Assembly (NCBI GenBank): GCA_031425695.1
Contig: JANPJV010000301.1
Span: 5,862-69,861, forward strand
Direction of reading: 5' to 3'
Source: Rhodanobacteraceae bacterium
GTDB taxonomy: Bacteria > Pseudomonadota > Gammaproteobacteria > Xanthomonadales > SZUA-5
Length of the DNA: 64,000 nucleotides
Shown piece by piece: positions 35,355-46,184 of the stretch. Below the pieces are notes generated by a model. It saw nothing but the letters and a program-made list of their open reading frames with translations. It was not told where the DNA came from and ran no database searches. The stretch's first letter is position 1; every line of letters begins with the position of its first letter. The position numbers and the translations under genes were made by a program.

Positions 35355-36844
35355 GCCGCCTGCGCTTGCTACTGGTCCTGCTGCTTGGCGTGGTCGTCGG
35401 CAGCGCCGCGACGTGGTGGTTCACGAAAGCTCCGCAAGAAGCGCGTTCAGACGAGCCCAGGCCAACGGCTGAACAGACCGTGCTCTATTGGTACGACCCG
35501 ATGGTCCCGAATCAGCATTTCGACCAGCCGGGCAAATCGCCGTTCATGGACATGCAGCTGGTCCCGAAGTACGCCGGAGCGGCCGAAGATGCGGCGGGGA
35601 CGGTCAGCATCGATCCGCGGCTGGTGCAGAACCTCGGCGTACGCACCGCAACTGCGCAACGCGGCCGGCTTGGCGTCAGTGTTCGCGCCACCGGATCGGT
35701 GGCCTTCGACGAGGGTGCGATCACCTGGGTGCAGGCACGCGTCGCCGGCATCGTCGAACGTCTGCATGTACGAACCACGCTGATGCGGGTCGACCAGGGC
35801 CAGCCGCTGCTGACCCTGATCGCACCCGAATGGACGGCCGCACAGGCCGAGTATCTGGCGTTGCGCCAGACGCGCAGCGCGGGGCTCGATGGCTTGCGCG
35901 CGGCAGCGCGCCAACGGCTGGTGCTGCTCGGCATGAGCGAAGGCCAGATACGCGCGGTGGAACGTAGCGGCCGCGCGCAGGATCGCATCACCGTTAGCGC
36001 CGCGCACGCTGGGGTCATCGGCGAACTGAGTGTGCGCGAGGGCGCCAGCGTCATGGCCGGCACGCCATTGATGCGCATCAACGGCCTCGACTCGGTGTGG
36101 ATCAATGCGGCGATTCCCGAAACGCAGATCGGACGCGTGCCGGCCGGCGCCACGGTGACCGTGGAATTGGCGGCCTATCCCGGGATGAGCTTCGCGGGCG
36201 TGATCGACGCCCTGCTGCCGGATCTGGATGCGGCCACGCGCACGCAGGTTGCCCGCATCCGCGTGCCGAATGCGGACGGACGATTGCTGCCGGGGATGTT
36301 CGCGCAGATCAAGATCGAGGCCGCTGAGAACGCGGCTCATCTGGTCCTGGTGCCCACCGAGGCGGTGATCGCGACCGGCACGCGCGATGTGGTCATCGTC
36401 GATGCCGGCGATGGCCGCTTCCGCGCGCAGGAGGTGCGCATAGGCGACGAGGCGAACGGCCAGACGGCCGTGCTGGAAGGCTTGTCTGACGGCGATCGGG
36501 TGGTCCTGTCCGGTCAGTTCCTGGTCGACTCGGAAGCCAGTCTGATCGGGACGCTGGCAAGGCTGGAGACCAGCCCAGCGGATGACGCTGGCAGTGCGGC
36601 GGCCGAACGCCACTCGGCCCAGGGCGTGATCGAAGACACCAACGGCCACACCTGGACCATCGCCACCGACGCCATCCCGTCCTTGCAGATGGGCGCGATG
36701 TCGATGCGCTTCTATCACCCGGAGCATCTGCCGGAAGACCAGTTCAAGGCTGGCGCGCGGGTCAGCTTGTCCTTCTTCCGAAACGCCGATGGCGAATTCG
36801 AAATCGCCGAAGTCGCGGTCGTCGCGCAGGCGCCCACGCCATGA
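35351..36844 (+). CDS. cusB: RND periplasmic adaptor (CusB type) with a fused C-terminal CusF-like domain
   Basis: '[27 protein letters not shown]' is a CusB N-terminal signature. The barrel-sandwich/beta-barrel core follows. The C-terminal 77 aa are CusF-like ('[10 protein letters not shown]'). Confidence 0.85.
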   Translation: MSRLRLLLVLLLGVVVGSAATWWFTKAPQEARSDEPRPTAEQTVLYWYDPMVPNQHFDQPGKSPFMDMQLVPKYAGAAEDAAGTVSIDPRLVQNLGVRTATAQRGRLGVSVRATGSVAFDEGAITWVQARVAGIVERLHVRTTLMRVDQGQPLLTLIAPEWTAAQAEYLALRQTRSAGLDGLRAAARQRLVLLGMSEGQIRAVERSGRAQDRITVSAAHAGVIGELSVREGASVMAGTPLMRINGLDSVWINAAIPETQIGRVPAGATVTVELAAYPGMSFAGVIDALLPDLDAATRTQVARIRVPNADGRLLPGMFAQIKIEAAENAAHLVLVPTEAVIATGTRDVVIVDAGDGRFRAQEVRIGDEANGQTAVLEGLSDGDRVVLSGQFLVDSEASLIGTLARLETSPADDAGSAAAERHSAQGVIEDTNGHTWTIATDAIPSLQMGAMSMRFYHPEHLPEDQFKAGARVSLSFFRNADGEFEIAEVAVVAQAPTP

Positions 36845-39800
36845 TCGCGCGGGTGATCTACGGCGCCATCGCGAACCGTTTCCTGGTCTTGCTTGCGGCG
36901 CTGTTCCTGACCGCCTGGGGCCTGTACGCGGTCAGTCGCACGCCGGTCGATGCATTGCCCGATCTGTCGGATGTGCAGGTGATCATCCGCACGACCTGGC
37001 CCGGGCAATCACCGCAGCTGGTCGAGAACCAAGTCACCTATCCACTGACCACGACCATGCTCTCGGTGCCGGGCGCCAAGGCTGTGCGCGGGTTTTCATT
37101 CTTCGCCGACTCCTACGTCTACGTGTTGTTCGAAGACGGCACAGATCTCTACTGGGCACGCTCGCGCGTCCTCGAGTACTTGAACCAGGTGCAATCGCGG
37201 CTGCCGCGCGGCGTGACCACCGCGCTCGGGCCAGACGCGACCGGGGTCGGCTGGATCTACCAGTACGCACTGGTCGACCGTGGCGGCCAGAACGACCTGT
37301 CCGAGCTGCGCGCGCTGCAGGACTGGTTCTTGCGCTTCGAGCTCAAGACCGTGCCGGGCGTCGCCGAAGTCGCCAGCATCGGCGGCATGGTGCGCCAGTA
37401 CCAGGTCGTACTTGATCCTGAGCGCCTGCGCGCTTATGGCGTCAGCCAGGCCCAGGTGATCGACGCCGTGCAGCGTGCCAACGGCGAGGCTGGCGGTTCA
37501 GTACTGGAGCTGGCTGAAGCCGAATACATGGTGCGGGCGAGCGGCTATCTGAAAAGCCTCGAGGATTTCCGCGCGATACCCCTGAGCAGCAATGCGACGG
37601 GCACGCCGGTACTGCTCGGCGATGTCGCCCGCGTCCAGCTCGGCCCCGAAATGCGCCGGGGCATTGCCGAGCTCAATGGCGAAGGCGAAGTCGTCGGCGG
37701 CGTGATCATCATGCGCTCCGGCAAGAATCCGCAGGCGACGATCAGCGCGGTGAAGGCCAAGCTCCAAACCCTGCGCGCGAGCTTGCCGGCCGGCGTCGAG
37801 GTGGTCGAGACCTACGATCGCTCGCAACTGATCGGCCGCGCAATCGACAACCTGACCGCGAAGCTGCTCGAAGAATTCCTGGTGGTGGCGCTCGTCTGCG
37901 CGGTGTTCCTGTTCCACCTGCGCTCGGCACTGGTGGCGATCGTGGCGCTGCCACTCGGCGTGCTGATGGCCTTCATCGTCATGCAATGGCAGGGCCTCAA
38001 CGCCAACATCCTGTCGCTCGGCGGCATCGCGATCGCGATCGGCGCCATGGTCGATGCGGCGATCGTCATGATCGAAAATGCTCACAAGCATCTCGAGGCC
38101 TGGCAGCACGCGCATCCCGGTGAAAGCTTGGAAGGCGAGGCGCGCTGGCGTTTGATCGGAGACGCTGCGGCAGAAGTCGGGCCGGCGCTGTTCTTCAGCC
38201 TGCTCATCATCACCCTGTCCTTTGTTCCGGTGTTTACCCTGGAGGCGCAGGAAGGCCGCTTGTTCGCGCCGCTCGCGTACACCAAGACCTATGCGATGGC
38301 GGCGGCGGCGGGGCTGTCCATCACCTTGATTCCGGTGTTGATGGGCTACTGGATTCGCGGCCGCATACCGGACGAAAACGCCAACCCGCTGTCGCGTGTG
38401 CTGATCAGCAGCTACCGGCCGCTGCTCGATGCGGTGTTGCGCTTTCCCAAATCCACGCTGGTGTTGGCGTTGGCCTTGTTGCTGGCGACCGCGTGGCCCA
38501 TCACCCAGATCGGTGGCGAGTTCCTGCCGCCGCTGGACGAAGGCGATGTCCTGTACATGCCGACCGCGCTGCCGGGACTTTCCACGGGCAAGGCCGCGCA
38601 GATCCTGCAACAGACCGACAAGATGATCCGTTCAGTGCCGGAGGTCGCAAGTGTTTTCGGGAAGATCGGACGGGCCGAAACGGCGACCGATCCGGCGCCG
38701 ATGGAAATGGTCGAAACCACCGTGCGCTTCAAGCCGCGCGCCGAGTGGCGTGCCGGCATGACCCCGGAAAAGTTGATCGAGGAACTCGACGCGGCGGTGC
38801 GTCTGCCGGGACTCACCAACCTGTGGGTGCCACCGATCCGCAATCGACTGGATATGCTGGCCACCGGCATCAAGTCGCCGATCGGGATCAAGGTCAACGG
38901 CAACGATCTTGCGGTCATCGACCAAGTCGCGGCAAGCATCGAGAAGGCGATCAAGGATGTCCCTGGCGTGAGCTCGGCGCTGGCCGAGCGACTCACTGGC
39001 GGCCGCTACATCGACATCGCGATCGACCGCGCGGCGGCGGCGCGCTACGGCCTCAATATCGCCGATGTGCAGAGCATCATCACCGCCGCGATCGGCGGGG
39101 AAAACATCGGCGAAGTGGTCGACGGTCGGCGCCGCTTCCCGATCAGCGTGCGCTATCCGCGCGAACTGCGCGACAGCGTGCAGAAGTTGCGCGAGCTGCC
39201 GATGCTGACGGCTGCGGGCGCCCAGATTGTGCTCGGCAGCGTCGCCCAGATCAGCATCAGTGCCGGACCGCCGATGATCCGCAGCGAAAATGCACGGCTC
39301 TCGGGCTGGATCTACGTCGACGTCCGCGACCGCGACCTCGCGTCGGTCGTGGGCGATCTCAAGCAACGCGTCGCCCGCGATATCCAGCTGCCGGCGGGTT
39401 ACTCAATCACCTGGTCCGGCCAGTTCGAGTACTTCGAGCATGCGATGGCCAAGCTGAAGGTGGTGATTCCGGCGACGCTGGTGATCATCTTCGTGCTGCT
39501 CTATCTGACCTTCGGACGCGCCGACGAAGCGGCGCTGATCCTCGGCAGTATTCCCTTCGCACTGATCGGCGGTTTCTGGCTGATGTACCTGCTCGGCCAC
39601 GCCTTGTCGGTCGCCACGGCGGTGGGTTTCATCGCGCTCGCAGGCGTCTCCGCCGAGTTCGGCGTGATCATGCTGCTGTACCTGAAGCACGCTTGGGAGC
39701 GCCGTCTTGCAGCCGGCGAACCGGCATCGCCAGAAACCCTGCTCGCCGCCATCCGCGAAGGCGCTGTCCAGCGCGTGCGCCCCAAGGCGATGACCGTTGC

Positions 39801-39996
39801 CGTCATCCTTGCCGGCCTGTTGCCGATCATGATCGGCAGCGGCACCGGCTCGGAAATCATGCAGCGCATCGCTGCCCCCATGGTCGGCGGGATGATCTCG
39901 GCGCCACTGCTGTCGATGCTGGTGATTCCAGTGGTGTACCGGCTGCTGCGCGAGCGCTCGGATGTGGTGCGCGCAGCGGAGGCTCCGCTCGCGTAG
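36841..39996 (+). CDS. cusA: CusA/CzcA-family heavy-metal RND efflux pump
   Basis: 1051 aa with 12-TM RND architecture. '[13 protein letters not shown]', '[20 protein letters not shown]'. Confidence 0.9.
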   Translation: MIARVIYGAIANRFLVLLAALFLTAWGLYAVSRTPVDALPDLSDVQVIIRTTWPGQSPQLVENQVTYPLTTTMLSVPGAKAVRGFSFFADSYVYVLFEDGTDLYWARSRVLEYLNQVQSRLPRGVTTALGPDATGVGWIYQYALVDRGGQNDLSELRALQDWFLRFELKTVPGVAEVASIGGMVRQYQVVLDPERLRAYGVSQAQVIDAVQRANGEAGGSVLELAEAEYMVRASGYLKSLEDFRAIPLSSNATGTPVLLGDVARVQLGPEMRRGIAELNGEGEVVGGVIIMRSGKNPQATISAVKAKLQTLRASLPAGVEVVETYDRSQLIGRAIDNLTAKLLEEFLVVALVCAVFLFHLRSALVAIVALPLGVLMAFIVMQWQGLNANILSLGGIAIAIGAMVDAAIVMIENAHKHLEAWQHAHPGESLEGEARWRLIGDAAAEVGPALFFSLLIITLSFVPVFTLEAQEGRLFAPLAYTKTYAMAAAAGLSITLIPVLMGYWIRGRIPDENANPLSRVLISSYRPLLDAVLRFPKSTLVLALALLLATAWPITQIGGEFLPPLDEGDVLYMPTALPGLSTGKAAQILQQTDKMIRSVPEVASVFGKIGRAETATDPAPMEMVETTVRFKPRAEWRAGMTPEKLIEELDAAVRLPGLTNLWVPPIRNRLDMLATGIKSPIGIKVNGNDLAVIDQVAASIEKAIKDVPGVSSALAERLTGGRYIDIAIDRAAAARYGLNIADVQSIITAAIGGENIGEVVDGRRRFPISVRYPRELRDSVQKLRELPMLTAAGAQIVLGSVAQISISAGPPMIRSENARLSGWIYVDVRDRDLASVVGDLKQRVARDIQLPAGYSITWSGQFEYFEHAMAKLKVVIPATLVIIFVLLYLTFGRADEAALILGSIPFALIGGFWLMYLLGHALSVATAVGFIALAGVSAEFGVIMLLYLKHAWERRLAAGEPASPETLLAAIREGAVQRVRPKAMTVAVILAGLLPIMIGSGTGSEIMQRIAAPMVGGMISAPLLSMLVIPVVYRLLRERSDVVRAAEAPLA

Positions 39997-40104
39997 GGCG
40001 CTCGCGAGAATTGACCTAGGGCGCCACGCGCAAGCGGGCGCTACCTGACAGACTGCACGTCTGTCGCCGCCGGTGGGCGCAAGCTCGCGTAAAGGAGTTG
40101 AGGA

Positions 40105-41307
40105 ATGAAATCGGGCTTGCTCACCATCGTCTTGCTGCTCTCTCTGCAGGTCCAAGCGGCAGTCCTGCTGACCCCTGTGGAACTTTCGACATCCGAGCAC
40201 GCGGCGCAGCCGTCGGTCACGGTCGACCCGCGCGCGGGTTTTGTCGTGACCTGGCAGGAGCGCGAGACTGAGGGCAATCACCTCAAGTTTGCAGTGATTG
40301 CCGCCGATGGCAGCGAAACCCGTCGCGGACTGATCCAGAGCGGATCAGACTGGTTCATCAACGGCGCCGATTTCCCGAGTCTCGCGGTGCTCGACAATGG
40401 CGACTGGGTGAGTTTCTGGCTGCAGAAGACCTCGCCCGGCACCTATTCCTACGCGATCCAATCCGTGCGCTCGCGCGACGCGGGCAAGACCTGGGATAAA
40501 GCGGTCGTGGTCCACGACGATGGCACTGACACCGAACATGGTTTCGTCAGCATGACCGCCGCCGGCGGCGATCGAGTACGCCTGGTCTGGTTCGACGGAC
40601 GACGCATGGCCGGCGCGGGACATGACCACGAGGGCGCGGCCGAGCACATGACGCTGCGCAGCGCGACCATCGGACGCGATGGCAAGCTGGCCGATGCCCG
40701 CGAGCTCGACGATTTCACCTGCAGCTGCTGCCAGACCGATGCGGTTCGCGGCGCCAAGCGCACGCTGGTTGCCTACCGTGATCGTTCCAAGACCGAAGTC
40801 CGCGACATTGGCGCCATCACCTTTGCTGGCAAGGCCTGGTCGAAGCCGACCGTGGTGAGTGCCGACAACTGGACCATTGCCGGTTGCCCGGTCAATGGCC
40901 CGGCGCTGGCCGTGCGTGGTGATCAGTTCACGGCACTGTGGCCGACCATGGCTGGCGGCCAAATGAATCTCAGGTTCGCGACCGGGGATGGCGGAATATT
41001 CAGCGCACCGCTCGAGCTCGCGTCCGGGCCTGCGGAGCTCGGTCGGGTCGATCTGGCCACCTGGGGCGACACCGGATTCCTCTATTCCCGTGTGCGCCAG
41101 GGAAGCGTCGCCCCTGAGCTCATCGTCGACGAGCTGGATGCACGAGGCCGCTCGCTGCACTCCTATCCAGTCGCCGTGAAGGTCGGCGGCTACCCGCGCA
41201 TCGCGCGCTCTGGTGACACCGCACTGTTGGTGTGGGCGCAGGCGGGGGCGAGCAGCGCCACTTCCCGCGTGGGCATCGCGAGGATCCAACCCGCCGTCAC
41301 GGAGTGA
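40105..41307 (+). CDS. Secreted BNR/sialidase-fold beta-propeller protein
   Basis: Signal peptide. Asp-box 'SRDAGKTW'. 'CSCCQTD' and 'AGCPVNGP' motifs. Confidence 0.6.
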   Translation: MKSGLLTIVLLLSLQVQAAVLLTPVELSTSEHAAQPSVTVDPRAGFVVTWQERETEGNHLKFAVIAADGSETRRGLIQSGSDWFINGADFPSLAVLDNGDWVSFWLQKTSPGTYSYAIQSVRSRDAGKTWDKAVVVHDDGTDTEHGFVSMTAAGGDRVRLVWFDGRRMAGAGHDHEGAAEHMTLRSATIGRDGKLADARELDDFTCSCCQTDAVRGAKRTLVAYRDRSKTEVRDIGAITFAGKAWSKPTVVSADNWTIAGCPVNGPALAVRGDQFTALWPTMAGGQMNLRFATGDGGIFSAPLELASGPAELGRVDLATWGDTGFLYSRVRQGSVAPELIVDELDARGRSLHSYPVAVKVGGYPRIARSGDTALLVWAQAGASSATSRVGIARIQPAVTE

Positions 41308-41481
41308 TCCACGACGTCCAGACGGCGCGGCCCAAGGCGTGGTGCGTGCGCCATTGCCTTATTGCGCGCCATCTTTGCGAATGCCACCGAAAGCTATTGC
41401 ACTCACATGGGTCGAGCAGCGTTTGCGCTGCCACCAGACCTCGTCCTGGAACGCCATCAATGGGGCCGGCTGGTACCGGCA

Positions 41482-43134
41482 TCACCGGTCCCTATCTTTA
41501 GTGCCGAGTGCCGACAGCGCGGCGCCGAGATCGACATGCAGGGTCTGGTCGGCGAGCTGCGCGATTACGCCGGCGCGCGTGAGCTTGTTGCGCACGGTTT
41601 CATTGGCGCCGCTCAGCAGCACACCCACGCCGCGCGTCCGCAAGGTGCCGATGACGTCGTCCAGGGTCTGCAAACCCGTGGCGTCGATGAAGGGCACGCG
41701 TTCCAGGCGCAAAATCAGCAGGCGCGGATCGCTGTGGGTGCGCAGCAAGGTGTGCTCGAGTTGCTCTACGGCGCCGAAGAAAAACGGTCCATCGATTCGA
41801 TAGACCAGCACCCCGGGTGGCAGGCGCTCGACGCCGATCGCCTGGAGTTCCTGCTGCAGTGTTTCCGTGGTCTGCGGCAAAGCCTCGACGCTGGACGCCA
41901 TGCGCCGCATGAACTGCAAGGTGGCGAGAATCACGCCGATATTCACCGCGACCACGAGATCGGCAAACACCGTCAGCACCAGGGTCACCAGCAGCACGAC
42001 GATGTCCGCGCGCGGCGCACGGCGCAGGATTTTCACCACCCGCGGCAGGTCGCTCATGTTCCAGGAAACCAGCAGCAGGATCGCGGCGAGCGCGGCCAGC
42101 GGAATGGATGCGGCCAAAGGTGCGAGCAGCAGCAATACCGCGACCAGGAAGGCCACGTGCACGATCCCGGCGAGCGGGCTGGTGCCACCACTGCGCACAT
42201 TGGTCGCCGTGCGCGCGATCGCACCGGTGGCGGCGAAACCACCGAACAGCGGCGCCGCAATATTCGCCAATCCCTGTCCAATGAGCTCCTGGTTCGAGTC
42301 GTGCCGGGTTCCGGTCAGGCCGTCCGCGACCACCGCCGACAACAGCGACTCGATCGCGCCGAGCATGGCGATGGTGAACGCCGGTCCGATCAGCGTGAGC
42401 GCCTGGGCCAGCGTGACCTGCGGCACCTGGAAGCTCGGCAATCCCGACGGAATCCCGCCAAAGGCACTGCCGATGGTGGCCACGCCTGGTAATTGCAGGG
42501 CGCTCTGGACGAGCGTCGCGACGGTCAGCGCGACCAGCGGTGCCGGCACCTTGGACAAGACCGGAATGCGTGGGACTGCGAGCAGGAGCAGCAGCGAGCC
42601 GACGCCGATCAGGGTGGTTGCCGCATGCAGCTCCGGCATTGCCGAGCCGAGGGCGACCAGTTTTTCATGGAAATGCGCGCCGGTGATCGCCGGCAAGCCG
42701 AGAAAAGGGGCCAGTTGACCGGCCGCAATGACCACCGCAATGCCGGCCGTGAAACCCACGATGACCGGGTCGGGAATGAAGCGGACCATCGCACCGAGCC
42801 GCGCGAGGCCCAGCATGACCAGGATGACCCCCGCCATCATCGAGGCGACCTGCAGCCCGATGATCCCGTGTTCTGCGGTCACCGCCGCGAGGATCACGAT
42901 GAAGGCGCCGGTCGGGCCGGCAATCTGCAGGCGGCTGCCGCCACACAGCGACACCACGATTCCGGCAACGATCGCCGTGTATAGACCCTGTTCGGGCTTG
43001 GCGCCGGAGGCAATCGCAAACGCCATGGCCAGCGGCAGGGCGACCACACCGACGATGACGCCCGCGAGCGCATTGCGCGCGAAGTGACCGCGGGCCAGCA
43101 AACCGGATCGCCAGGCTTCAACAATCGCGAACAA
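41482..43134 (-). CDS. SulP-family anion transporter with a C-terminal STAS domain
   Basis: Polytopic core ('GLANIAAPLFGGFAATGAIARTATNV'). STAS tail ('RVPFIDATGLQTLDDVI'). Confidence 0.9.
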   Translation of the reverse strand: MFAIVEAWRSGLLARGHFARNALAGVIVGVVALPLAMAFAIASGAKPEQGLYTAIVAGIVVSLCGGSRLQIAGPTGAFIVILAAVTAEHGIIGLQVASMMAGVILVMLGLARLGAMVRFIPDPVIVGFTAGIAVVIAAGQLAPFLGLPAITGAHFHEKLVALGSAMPELHAATTLIGVGSLLLLLAVPRIPVLSKVPAPLVALTVATLVQSALQLPGVATIGSAFGGIPSGLPSFQVPQVTLAQALTLIGPAFTIAMLGAIESLLSAVVADGLTGTRHDSNQELIGQGLANIAAPLFGGFAATGAIARTATNVRSGGTSPLAGIVHVAFLVAVLLLLAPLAASIPLAALAAILLLVSWNMSDLPRVVKILRRAPRADIVVLLVTLVLTVFADLVVAVNIGVILATLQFMRRMASSVEALPQTTETLQQELQAIGVERLPPGVLVYRIDGPFFFGAVEQLEHTLLRTHSDPRLLILRLERVPFIDATGLQTLDDVIGTLRTRGVGVLLSGANETVRNKLTRAGVIAQLADQTLHVDLGAALSALGTKDRDR

Positions 43135-43362
43135 GGGCGGGATGTTGCTCGGTCGGGAACCCTAGAGTACCCCGGCGTCGGTCGCCGCCGGCCCCATCCG
43201 AGCGCTGCAGTTGATCGAGATCAACTGGCCTGATTGGCCTGGAGGTCGCGCTGCCGACCTTGTTGACGATGGATTTCTACCTCCCAGGCGTCCTCGTCGA
43301 TGGGTCGGGAAGCTTGAATACGGCCCGCACCGCGGTGCTGCGCGGCGCGCCCCGTCCATTGA

Positions 43363-44256
43363 TCACGCCATTCGCGGCCGGGCGGATTCTGTGGCCGCTC
43401 GGCGACGACGCAGCGGGAACCTCAGCAGATCCTTGAGCGCCCGTGGGGACGGGTACTTGCCGGGGTCCTGGACGCCGAGTAGTTGCGGATCCGGCCCAAA
43501 GCGAAAGCTTCCGAACACCAGGTCCCATGCCGGCAGGCTGGTGCCGTAGTTGCCGGCCTCAATGAGGCGGCTGCTGTGGTGAAGGCGATGCAATTCGCTG
43601 CTGCCGACGATGAGATTCAGCACCCCCAGGCGTCCGCGGATATTGGCGTGGACGATGACGCTCTGCAGCAGGCCGAACAGCAGGATGAACAGGATCGCGT
43701 CGGCCGACAGCCCCATGGGAAGCAGTGGTGCCATCCGCGCGAGCTTGCCGAAGAGTGCATTCAGCGGATGGGCGTTGAAGCTGTTGCTGGCGTTGAGCGC
43801 AGTCGGCAGGTGGTGGATGACATGGACGTCCCAAAGCCAGTTCGAGCCATGGCTGACGCGATGCAGGGCGTATGACCCAAGTTCCGCGGCCAGCAGGCCG
43901 ACGACGATTTGCACAACCAGGGGCCAGGAGGAGGGCGCTGCGATCCACCAGATTGCAGCCGCGGCAATCGCGACGTCAGCCAGCCCATCCGCGACGACGT
44001 TGAGCGTGAACAGACTGCCGTCGCGCTTGTGATCCGGTCCGTCCGGATGCCAATGTTGCCGATACGGCAGCAGCCGTTCCGCGATCATGGCCGTGACCAG
44101 CACGACCGCCAGCCAGATCAGCAAGACGCTGGTCGCTGATCGTGCGGCGTCCTTTTGCATCAGCCAATAAATGGGCAGCGCAGTCAGCAAGCCCAGGTGT
44201 ACCCAATGCAGCTCGCGCCAGCGCGGGAACCAACGGCTTCGATTTACGCTATTCAT
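43363..44256 (-). CDS. Sterol desaturase/fatty-acid hydroxylase superfamily membrane protein
   Basis: His boxes 'HRVSH', 'HVIHH' and 'HRLHHS'. Confidence 0.8.
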   Translation of the reverse strand: MNSVNRSRWFPRWRELHWVHLGLLTALPIYWLMQKDAARSATSVLLIWLAVVLVTAMIAERLLPYRQHWHPDGPDHKRDGSLFTLNVVADGLADVAIAAAAIWWIAAPSSWPLVVQIVVGLLAAELGSYALHRVSHGSNWLWDVHVIHHLPTALNASNSFNAHPLNALFGKLARMAPLLPMGLSADAILFILLFGLLQSVIVHANIRGRLGVLNLIVGSSELHRLHHSSRLIEAGNYGTSLPAWDLVFGSFRFGPDPQLLGVQDPGKYPSPRALKDLLRFPLRRRRAATESARPRMA

Positions 44257-44382
44257 GACAGCTCGTGTACAGGGGAGATGCCGGTAGCGTGGCCGCTGCG
44301 CGTCTTGACGGCATTAACCCGGGTTCACGCGCAGCCTGTTTCCCGCGCGTTGGCCGCGCGTCACCGAGGAAATCTGCAAGCA

Positions 44383-45015
44383 ATGGATGCATTGAACAGA
44401 ACGTCCGGTGGGCGGCGCATGCCACCCGCGTTTGCCGTGGAGCTTGCCGCACTGGCACGCTTGCGCTTTGCTGCAGGCAGCGAGCTGACCGCTCCGGGAC
44501 AGGTGGAGCAGGCATTCTGGTGCATCGAATCCGGCTTGGTGCGCCTCTATTCGCTGGGTGAGCACGGGCGCGATCGCAACCATGATTTCCTGGGCGCAGG
44601 CGAGTGGGTCGCCGGTGCGCTGTCGTGGCGCGATGGCCGCGTCTGCTGCGAGGGAGCAGCCATCGGCGTGCAGGCGCTGAAATCCACCGTGGCGATCCGT
44701 CTGCCACTGACCTTCATCGAGCAACGCCACCGCGAATCGCCCGAGGTGGCGGCCTGGCTCACCGACGAGCTCATGCAACTGAGCTCGCGCCGCCTGCAGC
44801 GCGAGCTCGATCTGTTGCAGCTGAGCGCCGAGCAGCGCTACCACGCACTGGCGCGCGAACGCCCGGCGCTGGTGCGCATGCTCGCCCAGCACCACATTGC
44901 GTCCTGGCTCGGAATCACGCCCGTCGCGCTGTCGCGGATCCGGCGCCGATCGAAGATCTCGGCATCAAGTCAGTCATCCAGCGGCGATGGGCACGCCAAG
45001 CGCGTTGTAGGCTAA
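44383..45015 (+). CDS. Crp/Fnr-family transcriptional regulator
   Basis: cNMP-binding-like N-terminus. C-terminal HTH 'HHIASWLGITPVALSRIRRR'. The last roughly 15 codons run antisense into the ATPase remnant, so the C-terminus may be altered. Confidence 0.7.
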   Translation: MDALNRTSGGRRMPPAFAVELAALARLRFAAGSELTAPGQVEQAFWCIESGLVRLYSLGEHGRDRNHDFLGAGEWVAGALSWRDGRVCCEGAAIGVQALKSTVAIRLPLTFIEQRHRESPEVAAWLTDELMQLSSRRLQRELDLLQLSAEQRYHALARERPALVRMLAQHHIASWLGITPVALSRIRRRSKISASSQSSSGDGHAKRVVG

Positions 45016-45310
45016 GGCGAAGGCGAGTTCGCGACGGTCGCTTCGGAGATCTCGCGGGCGCGCCGGATGCCGCGCAGATCGCCCTTTGAAAGCGTGATCT
45101 GGGAACTCGACGGCGCGGATGATCAGGCTGCCATTGCCGTCGATGATGGCGTCGATGACTTGAGTGCCGGCCAGTTTCTCGACCGGAATGGGCTCGCCGG
45201 TCGGCATGGCTTCGTCGACGCTCGAGCGGCCATCGATGACGACGCCATCGACCGGCACCTTCTTGCCGGGACGCACGCGCAGGCGATCGCCGATGTGCAC
45301 ATGATTTGTG
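44974..45310 (-). pseudogene. P-type Cu-ATPase remnant with an internal deletion of about 1 kb
   Basis: Aligns at nucleotide level to the intact copA at about 54100-54250 (C-terminal '[15 protein letters not shown]') joined directly to about 55285-55485 ('[34 protein letters not shown]'). The P/N domains, N-terminus and C-terminal end are missing. Confidence 0.8.
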
Positions 45311-45343
45311 CGCGCCAGCAGCTCGCGTGAACTTCGCGAGCCG

Positions 45344-45919
45344 CTACGAAGCCGCCGCTCGCAGATGTTCAAACAGAATGGCCAGGCCGATCACGATCAG
45401 GACCACGCCGCCGAAAATCTCTGCCCGCTTGCCTGCGATTTCTCCAAGCACCCGGCCGAGCATGACGCCGAAGGTCACCATGAAAAAGGTGGAGAGACCG
45501 ATCGCAGCGGCGATCGGAAGGATGGAAACGTCGAGGAAGGCCAGGCCGACACCCACCGCCATCGCATCGATGCTGGTCGCGAACCCGGTTGCCGCGAGCA
45601 ACCAGAAGCCGTGGCGGTTTGGCTTCGTGACGTCCGCTTCGGCCGAAGCACGCGTCCCGGCGCGGATCATGCGCAGGCCGAGAATCGACAACAGGACGAA
45701 TGCGATCCAATGGTCCCAGGCGGTCACGTAGCCGGCTGCCGCTGAGCCGAGCAACCAGCCGACGATGGGCGTCAGCCCCTCGATGATCCCGAAAATGGCG
45801 CCCGTTCGCAGTGCTTCGCGCCAGTTTGGCCGCTCGAGCGCCGCACCCTTGCCGATCGCTGCCGCGAAGGCATCCGTCGACATCGCGAGCGCGAGGAAAA
45901 TCGTCGCAATCAGGCTCAT
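45344..45919 (-). CDS. mntP: Manganese efflux pump MntP
   Basis: '[25 protein letters not shown]' and internal repeat '[17 protein letters not shown]', typical of MntP/YebN. Confidence 0.85.
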   Translation of the reverse strand: MSLIATIFLALAMSTDAFAAAIGKGAALERPNWREALRTGAIFGIIEGLTPIVGWLLGSAAAGYVTAWDHWIAFVLLSILGLRMIRAGTRASAEADVTKPNRHGFWLLAATGFATSIDAMAVGVGLAFLDVSILPIAAAIGLSTFFMVTFGVMLGRVLGEIAGKRAEIFGGVVLIVIGLAILFEHLRAAAS

Positions 45920-45990
45920 CTTGTTGTCATGGGTCTTACGCCGGCCGCCGCGGGCTGATGGCAAGGGGCGGGAGAGTGACGCAGGTCACG

Positions 45991-46075
45991 TCACGATCTC
46001 AACCTCTGCGCATTGGCTGCAACACTGACCGACGACAGCTCATCGCCAGCGCCGCAATCGTCGGGCTCAGCAGCA
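45991..46075 (-). pseudogene. Second P-type ATPase 3'-end remnant
   Basis: About 85 nt align to the last roughly 28 codons plus stop of copA (53997-54080) with one 1-nt indel ('LLSPTIAALAMS'/'SVSVAANAQRLRS*'). Confidence 0.65.
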
Positions 46076-46184
46076 CCGAGCCATCGCGTATCTGGACTGA
46101 CATCATCGATCCGGTATTCAACCTCGCGTGCGTCGCGTCGGTGCCGGACCGCTCCGTTGACGGTCAGACCGCCCAGTTTGGCCC

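Noticed and set aside
37498-38610. 370-aa minus-strand ORF, and similar ORFs at 38632-39366 and 39403-40281
   Set aside because: They are antisense to cusA and have His/Arg/Gln-rich low complexity.
41362-42492. 376-aa plus-strand ORF
   Set aside because: It is antisense to the SulP transporter gene and has no motifs.
45920-46100. Expected yybP-ykoY (Mn) riboswitch upstream of mntP
   Set aside because: I could not find the conserved GGGGAGUAG / four-way-junction elements on the minus strand. The region is instead occupied by an ATPase 3' remnant. A covariance-model search would be needed to be sure.
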